Source: Candidatus Adlerbacteria bacterium (GTDB taxonomy: Bacteria > Patescibacteriota > Minisyncoccia > Phycocordibacterales > SBAW01). From it: DNA of 64,000 nucleotides. The stretch's first letter is position 1, and every line of letters starts with the position of its first letter. Under the pieces are notes generated by a model that was not told the DNA's origin, did not search any database, and saw only the letters and a program-made list of their open reading frames with translations. A program made the position numbers and the translations under genes. The stretch spans positions 175,866 through 239,865 of the forward strand of contig JARIGK010000004.1 in assembly GCA_029288895.1 (NCBI GenBank). The letters run 5' to 3'. Of the stretch, positions 11,077 to 20,024 are shown piece by piece.

Positions 11077-11958
11077 ATGGCAGAGAAAGAAGAAATACAA
11101 AAACGGATTGCAGAAATAGAGGCAGCAATGAATGCTGCTGATTTTTGGGCCGTGCCTGCTAAAGCACAGGCGATGATTAAAGAGTTGCAGGATTTGAAAG
11201 CCGAAGCAGAAGGCGGCGGCAAGTACGACCGCGGCAACGCAATCATGATGATCGTCGCAGGTGCCGGCGGAGATGACGCAGAAGACTTTGCGCAGATGCT
11301 ACTCGAGATGTATCGCAAATTTAGCGAGAAAAAGGGCTGGGGTATGCGCGTGTTGCACAGCCACCCCAACGACCACGGCGGCTATCGCAACATTACTGTG
11401 GAAGTCGAAGGTAAGAGCGCCTACGGCACGCTCAAAAACGAGTACGGGGTGCATCGCTTGGTGCGTATCTCGCCATTTAATGCCTCGCAAAAACGGCAAA
11501 CATCATTTGTCTTGGTAGAAGTGCTGCCGGTTGTAGAAAAGGTCGGCGATTTTGAAGTGCCCGAACAAGAATTAGAAATTACCTTTGCCCGCTCGGGCGG
11601 CCCCGGCGGCCAAAACGTCAACAAACGCGAGACAGCAGTGCGCGTAGTGCATACACCGACGGGCATTTCGGCGCACGCCGATGGCGAGCGTTCGCAAAAT
11701 GCCAACCGCGAGAAAGCGCTTGCGATCGTGAAGGCAAAACTATTTCATCGACTGGAGACAGAGCGTAAAGAAACTATTGCAGAACTTTCAACCAATGCAC
11801 AAAAGATAGAATGGGGAAGCCAGATCCGCTCATATGTGCTGCATCCGTACAAACTTGTAAAAGATCACCGCACGGGTGTTGAGGTAGGGAACGCCGAAGG
11901 TGTGCTCGACGGCAACCTGGAACCCTTCATTGCCGCGTTTGACACAACCCAGAAATAG
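11077..11958 (+). CDS. prfB: Peptide chain release factor 2 (shortened N-terminal domain)
   Basis: SPF (RISPFNA), [23 protein letters not shown]. Confidence 0.95.
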   Translation: MAEKEEIQKRIAEIEAAMNAADFWAVPAKAQAMIKELQDLKAEAEGGGKYDRGNAIMMIVAGAGGDDAEDFAQMLLEMYRKFSEKKGWGMRVLHSHPNDHGGYRNITVEVEGKSAYGTLKNEYGVHRLVRISPFNASQKRQTSFVLVEVLPVVEKVGDFEVPEQELEITFARSGGPGGQNVNKRETAVRVVHTPTGISAHADGERSQNANREKALAIVKAKLFHRLETERKETIAELSTNAQKIEWGSQIRSYVLHPYKLVKDHRTGVEVGNAEGVLDGNLEPFIAAFDTTQK

Positions 11959-12018
11959 TCCTATTGTTTTATTTACGCACGACCCCTCGTGCAATAACCA
12001 CACTTCCGGGAGGAAGTA

Positions 12019-12336
12019 ATGAAGATCTTTTCACTCGTCGCCGCAGTTGCGGCAATTTCTGTACCAGCATTCGCCCAAAGCCATCGTTTTGATCCTGGTG
12101 GCAAAGTGGTCGACGCCCGGGCGGCAATGCGTTGTGGAGTGCCGCCGGATTTTGGCGAAGAACTCCACGGCAGCTTCTTCAGCTGTGGAGGAAGGCTTAT
12201 TTTTGTCCGCAATGCGTATTTGCTGGGCATCATAAAAGCCGATGATATTTTCCTCTGCGAAGTCGGCATTAATGCTGCTGGCGGGGAAGTCGCTGAGAAC
12301 TGCAGGCGGGAACGTACCGTCGCCACAAAAAAGTGA
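12019..12336 (+). CDS. Hypothetical secreted protein (4 Cys)
   Basis: Signal peptide MKIFSLVAAVAAISVPAFA; SD GGAGG; followed by a terminator. Confidence 0.65.
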   Translation: MKIFSLVAAVAAISVPAFAQSHRFDPGGKVVDARAAMRCGVPPDFGEELHGSFFSCGGRLIFVRNAYLLGIIKADDIFLCEVGINAAGGEVAENCRRERTVATKK

Positions 12337-12344
12337 CCAATGAG

Positions 12345-12377
12345 AGGCCGCCCCAGCATAGGGCGGTCTTTTTCTTT
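12345..12377 (+). terminator. Intrinsic terminator
   Basis: AGGCCGCCC-cagcata-GGGCGGTCT followed by a T-tract. Confidence 0.75.
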
Positions 12378-12443
12378 ATGCAGGTATTAGATGAAGAACC
12401 CAGTTGCCGGGAGGGCAGAGAAAGGTACAATAGGAAAGTTGTT

Positions 12444-13124
12444 ATGATCTATTTCGACAGAGTCAGCAAGGTCTACGCTGACAACTCAATCGCATTGGAA
12501 GATGTTAGCTTCTCCGTTGAACCGGGCGAATTCATCTCCATCGTCGGCCACTCGGGTGCCGGCAAAACCACCCTCGTCAAAATGCTCTTAGCAGAAGAGA
12601 AGCCAACAGACGGCTCCGTCTTTTTTGAATCTATTAATGTGCACGAGGTGCCTTTGTCGCGCATCAACCACCTGCGCCGCAAGATAGGCACCGTCTTCCA
12701 AGACTTCCGCCTTCTTCCGCAAAAGACCGCGTACGAAAATATTGCATTCGCGATGGAGGCAGCAGGCCGCCACGAAGAGGAGATCCATTCCGATGTGCCG
12801 CACGTGCTCGACCTGGTTGACCTCACAGATAAAGCAAATAATTTTCCTGACGAACTTTCAGGCGGCGAACAGCAGCGTGTGGCTATCGCGCGCGCTATTG
12901 TCAATCAGCCTGACGTCATTATTGCCGACGAGCCCACAGGTAACTTGGACCCGGTCAACACCTTTGAAGTGGTGCAGATCCTCAAGAAAATCAATGACCT
13001 AGGCACTACTATTATCCTCACCACGCACAACAAAGGCGTTATCGACAGCTTAAAGAAGCGCGTTATTACTATGGACCGCGGCCGCATCGTCCGCGACGAC
13101 CGAGAAGGGAAATATATATTGTAA
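12444..13124 (+). CDS. ftsE: Cell division ATP-binding protein FtsE
   Basis: GHSGAGKTT, VFQDFRLL, LSGGEQQRV, ADEPTGNLDP; ATG at 12444; upstream of ftsX. Confidence 0.93.
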   Translation: MIYFDRVSKVYADNSIALEDVSFSVEPGEFISIVGHSGAGKTTLVKMLLAEEKPTDGSVFFESINVHEVPLSRINHLRRKIGTVFQDFRLLPQKTAYENIAFAMEAAGRHEEEIHSDVPHVLDLVDLTDKANNFPDELSGGEQQRVAIARAIVNQPDVIIADEPTGNLDPVNTFEVVQILKKINDLGTTIILTTHNKGVIDSLKKRVITMDRGRIVRDDREGKYIL

Positions 13125-13133
13125 AATTTGCCT

Positions 13134-14066
13134 ATGAACTGGACTACCGTTAAACGAATATTCCGCTCCGGCCTCCTCGATTTTTGGAGAAACGGGTTCG
13201 TCTCACTCGCATCAATTTTGGTGATGACGGTAACGCTGTTTGTCGTAGGTATGACGCTCTTTGCGGGCGTTATTTTGCAAACGGCATTGAATGATTTGCG
13301 CGATAAAGCGGACGTGAGCGTGTACTTCACGACCAATGCACCCGAAGACAAAATATTGGAATTGCAGAAGTCGGTAAATGCGCTGCCGCAAGTTGAAAGT
13401 ACGCAGTATGTGTCGGCCGACGACGCGCTCGCGAACTTCCGCGAACGCCACCAGAACGACCAGCTTACCCTGCAAGCACTCCAAGAACTTGGCGCAAACC
13501 CGCTCGGCGCTGTGCTTAACATCAAAGCAAAAGATATTTCGCAGTACGACGCTATCGCGCAGTTTTTGGAACAGCAGCAGGCACTGTCCACGGGCAACGC
13601 AAGTATCATCGACAAGATTAACTACTTCGACGCGCAGCACCGCCAGGCGCTTGAGCGTCTGCAGAGCATCACCGACTCGGCAGGGACGCTTGGCCTCGTG
13701 ATTATCCTTATCTTGGTTGCGGTCACGATTGCTATTTCATTTAACACGCTGCGTTTGGCAATTTACACCTCGCGCGAAGAGATCCAGGTGATGCGCTTGG
13801 TGGGGGCGGGCTCGTTCTATATCCGTGCACCGTTTATGGTGGAGGGCGTGCTGTACGGCCTCATTTCGGGGCTCGTGACATTGATCCTCTTCTACCCGCT
13901 GACATACTGGTTGGGGAGCGCAACGGCCGACTTCTTTGGCGGCATCAACGTCTTCTCGTACTACGTATCGCACTTCCTTCAATTCTTCGCTATTATAGTC
14001 GGGACGGGCGTTGTGCTTGGGGCGGCAGCCAGCTACCTGGCGGTGCGCCGATATTTGAAGATTTAA
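13134..14066 (+). CDS. ftsX: Cell division permease FtsX
   Basis: 4 TM helices with a large extracellular loop; EEIQVMRLVGA..FYIRAPF. Confidence 0.92.
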   Translation: MNWTTVKRIFRSGLLDFWRNGFVSLASILVMTVTLFVVGMTLFAGVILQTALNDLRDKADVSVYFTTNAPEDKILELQKSVNALPQVESTQYVSADDALANFRERHQNDQLTLQALQELGANPLGAVLNIKAKDISQYDAIAQFLEQQQALSTGNASIIDKINYFDAQHRQALERLQSITDSAGTLGLVIILILVAVTIAISFNTLRLAIYTSREEIQVMRLVGAGSFYIRAPFMVEGVLYGLISGLVTLILFYPLTYWLGSATADFFGGINVFSYYVSHFLQFFAIIVGTGVVLGAAASYLAVRRYLKI

Positions 14067-14074
14067 ATTGCTAG

Positions 14075-15739
14075 ATGAAATTTCCTTTTTCTAAATCCGA
14101 AAGCTCGAGCGAGAATCCAAAATATATTTTCGTCGTCGGCGGTGTGATGTCGGGCGTTGGCAAAGGCGTCGCGTCATCATCCATCGGCAAAATTTTGAAA
14201 GCAAAGGGGTTTAAGGTCACCGCGATTAAAATCGACCCCTACATCAACGTGGACGCTGGCACCATGAACCCGACAGAACACGGCGAAGTGTTCGTGTTGG
14301 ACGATGGCTACGAGACCGACCAGGATATGGGTAACTACGAGCGCTTTTTGGATGAGTCGCTGCCGCAGATTAACTACATGACCACCGGCCGCGTGTACCA
14401 GGAAATAATCCGCCGCGAGCGCAATTTGGAGTATGGTGGCAAAAACGTGGAAGTGGTACCGGACGTGCCACTCGAAGTAATTCGCCGCATCAAGCGCGCG
14501 CAAGAAGAAGCGAAGGCAGACATTACGCTTGTGGAAGTGGGCGGCACGATAGGCGAGTACCAGAACATCATCTTCCTCGAAGCGGCGCGTATGCTCAAAC
14601 AAAAGCATCCAAAAGATGTGGCCGTCGTGATGGTGTCGTATGTACCCATTCCGGGCAACATCGGCGAGATGAAGACCAAGCCGACGCAGTATGCGGCGCG
14701 CTCGCTGAACTCTGTCGGCCTCCAGGCGGATGTGATTTTGGCACGCGCACAAGTAGCGCTCGACGAAAAGCGCAAAGAAAAAATCGCTATCTTCTGCAAC
14801 ATCCCGACCGAGCATGTGATTTCGGCACCCGATGTCCAGAGTATTTATGATGTGCCAGGTAATTACGAAGAAGACGGCCTAGGCGACATTTTGACGGACG
14901 TCCTTTCCTTGCCAAAGAAAAAGACAGACCTTTCGGAGTGGAATACGTTTGTACAAAAATCAAAGAAGGCAACACAAGAAGTTGAGATAGCAGTTGTGGG
15001 CAAATACTTCTCATCGGGAGAGTTCGTGCTTTCGGACGTATATATTTCGGTGCTCGAGGCAATCAAGACTGCGGCGTACCACCTCGACCTCAAACCAAAA
15101 ATTACGTACCTGTCGTCGCAGGATTTTGAATCAGGAAAAATGGAATTGTCCGAGCTCGATCGCTTTGGCGGCATCTTGGTGCCGGGCGGCTTTGGCTCAA
15201 CAGGCGTCGAGGGCAAAATAAAAGTGATCCAGTACGCACGTGAGAAGAAGATCCCATATTTTGGCATTTGCTATGGCATGCAGTTGGCGGTGATTGAGTA
15301 TGCGCGCCATGTTGCAGGTATGAAAGATGCACACACACGGGAAATTTCCAAAGACACCGCGCACCCAGTGATCGACATTATGGAATCGCAGAAAGATATT
15401 GTTGAGCAGGGGAACTTTGGCGGCACGATGCGGTTGGGTACGTACCCATGCGTCATCAGAGAGGGGACCGTGGCACACACAGTCTTTGGCACAACAGAAA
15501 TTTCCGAGCGCCACCGCCACCGCTACGAAGTAAACACCGACTATATCGAAGAGATAGAAAAAGCGGGCATGGTCTTTTCGGGCAAGTCACCAAACGGCGT
15601 ACTCATGGAAATCGTTGAGCTTCCGAAAGATGTGCACCCGTTCTTTATGGGTATCCAGTCGCACCCCGAATTCCTCTCGCGCCCACTTACTCCGCACCCG
15701 ATCTTCTCGGCGTTTATAAAGGCCGCAAGCAAAAAATAA
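14075..15739 (+). CDS. pyrG: CTP synthase
   Basis: GGVMSGVGKG, KIDPYINVDAGTMNP, KTKPTQ, GICYG, ERHRHRYE, HPEF. Confidence 0.98.
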   Translation: MKFPFSKSESSSENPKYIFVVGGVMSGVGKGVASSSIGKILKAKGFKVTAIKIDPYINVDAGTMNPTEHGEVFVLDDGYETDQDMGNYERFLDESLPQINYMTTGRVYQEIIRRERNLEYGGKNVEVVPDVPLEVIRRIKRAQEEAKADITLVEVGGTIGEYQNIIFLEAARMLKQKHPKDVAVVMVSYVPIPGNIGEMKTKPTQYAARSLNSVGLQADVILARAQVALDEKRKEKIAIFCNIPTEHVISAPDVQSIYDVPGNYEEDGLGDILTDVLSLPKKKTDLSEWNTFVQKSKKATQEVEIAVVGKYFSSGEFVLSDVYISVLEAIKTAAYHLDLKPKITYLSSQDFESGKMELSELDRFGGILVPGGFGSTGVEGKIKVIQYAREKKIPYFGICYGMQLAVIEYARHVAGMKDAHTREISKDTAHPVIDIMESQKDIVEQGNFGGTMRLGTYPCVIREGTVAHTVFGTTEISERHRHRYEVNTDYIEEIEKAGMVFSGKSPNGVLMEIVELPKDVHPFFMGIQSHPEFLSRPLTPHPIFSAFIKAASKK

Positions 15740-15782
15740 AACATTGAGCTTCGGGCATTTTTGGTGTACTTTGGAGCAGTAT

Positions 15783-15853
15783 TGCCAGATCGTCTAATGG
15801 TAGGACAACGGACTCTGAATCCGTTTATCTTGGTTCGAATCCAAGTCTGGCAG
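15783..15853 (+). tRNA. tRNA-Gln(CTG)
   Basis: TGCCAGA/TCTGGCA acceptor, ACGGA-CTCTGAA-TCCGT, GGTTCGAATCC; no encoded CCA. Confidence 0.95.
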
Positions 15854-15919
15854 CAGCTTAGTTTAGTATCGGACGACCAAGAGGGGTCAGGAGCTAACAA
15901 CTAATGTACTATTCCTAGT

Positions 15920-16516
15920 ATGGAATATAAATTTGTACTTGGCACTCTTGCGGCGCTTTTTGCCATAGGTAGCGCATATCTCTATATTCGGGATATATTC
16001 CGCGGTAATACAAAACCTCATACCTACACATGGATTATATGGTCCATTGTTACCGCCATTGGGTTTCTTGGACAATGGTATACCGGTGGAGGAGCAGGCT
16101 CATGGGCCACAGGGGTGACAGCTTGTTACTGTTTCATCATTCTGTTTCTTTGCTTCAAATATGGAACAAGCGATATTACGAAGTTTGATCTACTGTGTTT
16201 GGTTCTGGCAATTACCTCTATTGTCCCGTGGCTCTTCTCCCACAATATTTTGTGGTCTGTAATTTTAGCAACAATAACTGATCTACTTGGCTTTCTTCCT
16301 ACAATACGAAAAACATGGCGCGCTCCGCGTAGTGAATCACTCGGGTCACTCTGGTTCGACGTTTTTAAACACGGGCTTTCTGTTGCGTCACTTCAAACGT
16401 ATTCACTTACTACATGGTTGTATCCAGCCGCTATTATCATTGCAAAGATGATGCAGGTGGTCGAAATATCGTATTTACGGTTTCTACGAAAGGAACATAA
16501 GGCGGCTCAAGTATAA
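15920..16516 (+). CDS. Multi-pass membrane protein (PQ-loop/SWEET-like family, paralog 2)
   Basis: YIRDIFRGNTKPHTYTWIIW, LPTIRKTWRAPRSE. Confidence 0.72.
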   Translation: MEYKFVLGTLAALFAIGSAYLYIRDIFRGNTKPHTYTWIIWSIVTAIGFLGQWYTGGGAGSWATGVTACYCFIILFLCFKYGTSDITKFDLLCLVLAITSIVPWLFSHNILWSVILATITDLLGFLPTIRKTWRAPRSESLGSLWFDVFKHGLSVASLQTYSLTTWLYPAAIIIAKMMQVVEISYLRFLRKEHKAAQV

Positions 16517-16524
16517 TTATCTAT

Positions 16525-17151
16525 ATGAGCGAAGTATTTTTGGGTTTACCGATTGCACACTGGCTCGTCCTTCTTTCCATCGGCATCAGTTCAACAGGAG
16601 GCATAACCTACCTCCTCAACATGTTTCGAGGAAAATCCAAACCCAACTTGGTTTCGTGGGGTCTGTGGGGCTTGGCCCCACTTATTGCAACAGGAGCGGC
16701 TATTTCGGCTCATGCCGATTTGTGGGGCACTGCACGTGTTTTTATTTCTGGTTTTGTACCGTTCGTTATTTTTATGTTCGGTCTGTTTTTGAAGCAAAGT
16801 TACTGGAAACTCACTCGCTTCGACTTCTTCTGTGGAGTACTTTCCGTAATTGCTCTAATTGCATGGCTTATTGCTCATGCTCCCGTTGCGGCAATTTTGT
16901 TCGCGATAGCTGCAGACTTGTTTGCCTCAGTGCCGACTCTAGTAAAAGGATGGCAAAGCCCTCATACCGAAACGGCAACCGTTTTTCTTACAAGCCTCAT
17001 ATCATCTCTCATCACAATCCCTGCTATCCCAGTTTGGAATCTTGAAAACACCGCATTTCAAGCGTATCTGATTATTGTAAATCTGGCTTTGTTTGGAGTC
17101 ATAACTTTAGGTAAACTCCTAAAGCCAACACAAAGTGTTTCGACTCAATAG
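16525..17151 (+). CDS. Multi-pass membrane protein (PQ-loop/SWEET-like family, paralog 3)
   Basis: YLLNMFRGKSKPNLVSWGLW, VPTLVKGWQSPHTE; the stop TAG overlaps repeat A1. Confidence 0.72.
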   Translation: MSEVFLGLPIAHWLVLLSIGISSTGGITYLLNMFRGKSKPNLVSWGLWGLAPLIATGAAISAHADLWGTARVFISGFVPFVIFMFGLFLKQSYWKLTRFDFFCGVLSVIALIAWLIAHAPVAAILFAIAADLFASVPTLVKGWQSPHTETATVFLTSLISSLITIPAIPVWNLENTAFQAYLIIVNLALFGVITLGKLLKPTQSVSTQ

Positions 17152-17238
17152 TTCCGAACCCATCTAACCATTGCAGCCAGTAAAATTTTTGCAGTGAAAT
17201 AAGGATATTTTGGATAGGATGATTGGATGATCAGAACT
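17150..17238. repeat. 89-bp element A, copy 1
   Basis: agttccgaacccatctaaccattgcagccagtaaaatttttgcagtgaaataaggatattttggataggatgattggatgatcagaact. Confidence 0.95.
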
Positions 17239-17253
17239 GCTATACTTCCTGTA

Positions 17254-17685
17254 ATGGAAAAGAGAATACCGGCACTTACGCCAGAGTTAAAAATCACTGA
17301 CTTTAAGAAGAGTCTAAAATTTTATACTACACTCGCTGGTTTTGATATTGAGTACGAACGTCCTGAAGACGAATTCGCAATGCTCAGCAAAGGAGATGCA
17401 TGGATTATGATTGAATCCATTAGCGATAAAAGTCGCATAATGAAAGCAGGGGCTCTCGAGTATCCTTTTGGGCGCGGCATGCATTTTCAGATACAGGTTG
17501 AAGATGTGCAGTCGCTCTACGATACTTTTAAAAGCAATTCTCATCCTATCTTCTCCGAAATGGAAGATAAGTGGTATCGAACAGGCGAGACCGAGGGAGG
17601 GAATAGGCAATTTTGGGTACAAGACCCTGACGGCTACATGCTGCGCTTCTATCAGGACTTAGGTTCTAGGCCTTTTCAGAAGTAG
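17254..17685 (+). CDS. VOC/glyoxalase (bleomycin resistance-like) protein
   Basis: LTPELKITDFKKSLKFY, LEYPFGRGMHFQI, QFWVQDPDGYMLRF. Confidence 0.88.
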   Translation: MEKRIPALTPELKITDFKKSLKFYTTLAGFDIEYERPEDEFAMLSKGDAWIMIESISDKSRIMKAGALEYPFGRGMHFQIQVEDVQSLYDTFKSNSHPIFSEMEDKWYRTGETEGGNRQFWVQDPDGYMLRFYQDLGSRPFQK

Positions 17686-17691
17686 CAGTCC

Positions 17692-17765
17692 AGTTCCGAA
17701 CGACACTAAAATAATCAGTATGGATTTGTATCAAATTGATTCCGAACCCATCTAACCATTGCAGC
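17692..17765. repeat. Partial A-element half-sites
   Basis: agttccgaa-cgacac-taa at 17692; ttccgaacccatctaaccattgcagc at 17740-17765, identical to A1 nt 3-28. Confidence 0.85.
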
Positions 17766-17766
17766 A

Positions 17767-18288
17767 ATGAAAAAGATTTATATAACGGGAGTTTCAGGGA
17801 CAGGAAAAACTACCATTGCACATGAATTAGAAAAGAGGGGCTACCTTGTTGTGAGTATTGATGAGGTGTCAGGGCTGTGCTCATGGACGCATCAAGAGAC
17901 AGGAGAAAAACATGGCGGCAAAGATACGCCCCTCACTAAAGAATTTGTTGATGCCCATGATTGGATTGTAGATATCGAACACTTGAATAAACTTCTCGAT
18001 AAAGATGTCGAAGTGGCGTTTGTACTAGGTATGGCTGGTAATCAGAATGAGTTCTTGCCATCATTCGATAAAATCTTATTGCTAGAATGTAACCCCGAAA
18101 CCTTCAGTGCGAGAATTGACGCACGAACAGACAATGATTTTGGTAAAGACCCACAAATCAAAGCTCAAATTCTCAACCGCTATAAAACTTACGGGGAAGA
18201 GATGCGTTCGCGAGGTGCTATTGTTGTAAATACCGATAGGCCTATTGATGCGGTGGTCAAAGATGTTATTGCTCAAGCCAATGCATAA
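17767..18288 (+). CDS. P-loop kinase (shikimate/nucleoside kinase-like)
   Basis: Walker A ITGVSGTGKTT; RIDARTDNDFGK lid-like motif. Confidence 0.85.
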   Translation: MKKIYITGVSGTGKTTIAHELEKRGYLVVSIDEVSGLCSWTHQETGEKHGGKDTPLTKEFVDAHDWIVDIEHLNKLLDKDVEVAFVLGMAGNQNEFLPSFDKILLLECNPETFSARIDARTDNDFGKDPQIKAQILNRYKTYGEEMRSRGAIVVNTDRPIDAVVKDVIAQANA

Positions 18289-18313
18289 AAACCTTTGCTT
18301 CTTGCCAGTACGG

Positions 18314-18402
18314 AGTTCTGAACTTATCTAACTCGGGCAGCCAGTAAAATTTTTGCAGTGAAATAAGGATATTTTGGATAGGATGATTGGATTATCAGAA
18401 CT
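18314..18402. repeat. 89-bp element A, copy 2
   Basis: agttctgaacttatctaactcgggcagccagtaaaatttttgcagtgaaataaggatattttggataggatgattggattatcagaact; perfect 8-bp terminal inverted repeat agttctga/tcagaact. Confidence 0.95.
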
Positions 18403-18404
18403 GA

Positions 18405-18433
18405 TTGATATTAGTTAGTCAGTCTTGTATAAC
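18405..18433 (+). promoter_or_regulatory. Putative sigma70 promoter
   Basis: TTGATA-17 nt-TATAAC upstream of ORF 18475. Confidence 0.5.
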
Positions 18434-18474
18434 TCCCTACAGCCATAAGTTCCATTTTTTCGAGAGGATGACAG

Positions 18475-19086
18475 ATGAACGATCTTGTTAAAGGTCTCGT
18501 TCGCAAGGAAAATATGTTGCAAGAGCTTCTTTCGTTGCCTCGCGACCAACTGGGCAAGGCGATCCAGAGAATCCAGGCCGAGGCTGAAGCGCAGAGTGCC
18601 TTCAAGTTGGGACAGCTCGTTCGAACTTGCAATTCTCCGGGCATCTCACTCGTGGGTGGCCTCAGCGAACTTCCGCACGACCACAATGACCCAAAGCAGC
18701 ATTCCAATACGCGTGTCGTGGGCTGGAATTCTTTTGGTGAAATTGAAGTCGCCACTTCTTACGGGAGTAACCCACATTGTTGCAAGTGGACGCATAGTGA
18801 AAGCAAGATGATTCCTTGCGAGGACGCCGACTGGGCTACTCAAAGTCTTCGCAAACGCGACGAAAAAGTCTCCTACGTATGGGAGCTTCGCGGATTTTGG
18901 GAGGCTGACAATCATGTCGGTGAAGTGGTGCCGGCGATTCTTGTTGTTCCTCACATTAAGGAAGGAGATTGGATCGTACGCTATGCCAAGCCGCATAAGC
19001 GACACGACTGGATCATCCGCGTCATCAACGAGAAACAGATGCTCCCGTCTCTCCCCGACAACGAGTACCCCGCCTCCGACGAATAG
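18475..19086 (+). CDS. Hypothetical protein (cassette cargo)
   Basis: 203-aa ORF with SD GAGG; a terminator hairpin overlaps the stop; no recognisable domain. Confidence 0.65.
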   Translation: MNDLVKGLVRKENMLQELLSLPRDQLGKAIQRIQAEAEAQSAFKLGQLVRTCNSPGISLVGGLSELPHDHNDPKQHSNTRVVGWNSFGEIEVATSYGSNPHCCKWTHSESKMIPCEDADWATQSLRKRDEKVSYVWELRGFWEADNHVGEVVPAILVVPHIKEGDWIVRYAKPHKRHDWIIRVINEKQMLPSLPDNEYPASDE

Positions 19087-19105
19087 TCGTGGGCGTTTTT
19101 CTTTT
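19071..19105 (+). terminator. Intrinsic terminator
   Basis: CGCC-tc-CGAC-gaata-GTCG-tg-GGCG followed by a T-tract. Confidence 0.55.
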
Positions 19106-19107
19106 CC

Positions 19108-19140
19108 TTTGTTCTGAAGCACCTATGTTAAAATTTCGGT
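19108..19140. repeat. 33-bp element B, copy 1
   Basis: tttgttctgaagcacctatgttaaaatttcggt. Confidence 0.92.
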
Positions 19141-19175
19141 ATTGGAAGCTCAGTTGTTGTTTTGAGCCACGAAAC

Positions 19176-19264
19176 TGTTCCGAACCCATCTCACCATTGC
19201 AGCCAGTAAAATTTTTGTTAAGAAATAAGGGTATTTTGGATAGGTAAATTGGATGATTAGAACT
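19176..19264. repeat. 89-bp element A, copy 3
   Basis: tgttccgaacccatctcaccattgcagccagtaaaatttttgttaagaaataagggtattttggataggtaaattggatgattagaact. Confidence 0.95.
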
Positions 19265-19401
19265 TTAGAACGATTTAATCTATTAAATGCAGAAATTCTT
19301 TTTGTTTGGTAGCCTGTCAGAGGAGTAATCTTGCTCCAGCTCCGAGCCCTATAGCGGAATGCTGGGCTCATATTGCAGTGGAATACTGCAAGGAGAGAAC
19401 A

Positions 19402-19980
19402 ATGAAAGTCTCAACCGAAGCGCAGATTGCGCAGTTCATTCAAGAGTATCCCATCCTCGAGAAGCCAATTGAGATATTGCGCAGGAGAGCGAGCGGCGGG
19501 AATAATGTCGCCTTGCGTATTCACATCGCGGTCAAACGCATGGATACGCTGATGCCTTACTTTGTGGGGAACCCGACCAAACCACGTGCGTGGATTCCAG
19601 GTGAGGGTATCAACAAGGGTCTCGACGGCACTGAAGAAGCGCGAGCATATGTCTATTGGCCAATGGCGCACGAGCCGCTCCACTTTCTTTTTGAGTGGTC
19701 TCCAGGAGATGCCCATAAACTCGGGAACCTGCTGCTCGGTATCAAACCCGAAGAAATCGGGCACGTGGTCATCGAGACCTGCTATGTCTGGCATGAGCGC
19801 AGGAAGGATATCACATGGGAAAGTATTGTTGGGCGCACTCCCATGCGGGCGATAGAGGCTACGTTCGTAGTCTTGTTACCGCCTAAGAGCGGGACGGTGG
19901 CGGAGCTGTTCGAAAAAGCTAAACGGGAACATCCTGAACTGAAAACACCCAAGGAGCACGTTGAGTTTCTGAATCGTTAG
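19402..19980 (+). CDS. Hypothetical protein (cassette cargo)
   Basis: ATG at 19402 with SD AAGGAG; followed by a terminator. Confidence 0.68.
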   Translation: MKVSTEAQIAQFIQEYPILEKPIEILRRRASGGNNVALRIHIAVKRMDTLMPYFVGNPTKPRAWIPGEGINKGLDGTEEARAYVYWPMAHEPLHFLFEWSPGDAHKLGNLLLGIKPEEIGHVVIETCYVWHERRKDITWESIVGRTPMRAIEATFVVLLPPKSGTVAELFEKAKREHPELKTPKEHVEFLNR

Positions 19981-19989
19981 GACATCGCG

Positions 19990-20022
19990 GGCCGCCCTTC
20001 TTTTGGGCGGCCTTTTCTTTTT
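19990..20022 (+). terminator. Intrinsic terminator
   Basis: GGCCGCCC-ttctttt-GGGCGGCC followed by a T-tract. Confidence 0.8.
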
Positions 20023-20024
20023 AA

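Noticed and set aside
11004-11110. Programmed +1 frameshift in prfB
   Set aside because: No CTT-TGA site or upstream ORF; only about 70 nt separate the start from the divergent Nudix gene.
15832-17180. Exact tRNA-Gln 3'-end duplication (prophage/ICE attR)
   Set aside because: Only loose similarity between the tRNA end and element A, with a 5-nt length difference; no exact direct repeat, integrase or phage genes.
17150-19264. Element A as a classical integron attC
   Set aside because: An RYYYAAC (atctaac) occurs internally in two copies, but there is no matching GTTRRRY at the 3' end, the termini are AGTTC/GAACT, and no intI is present.
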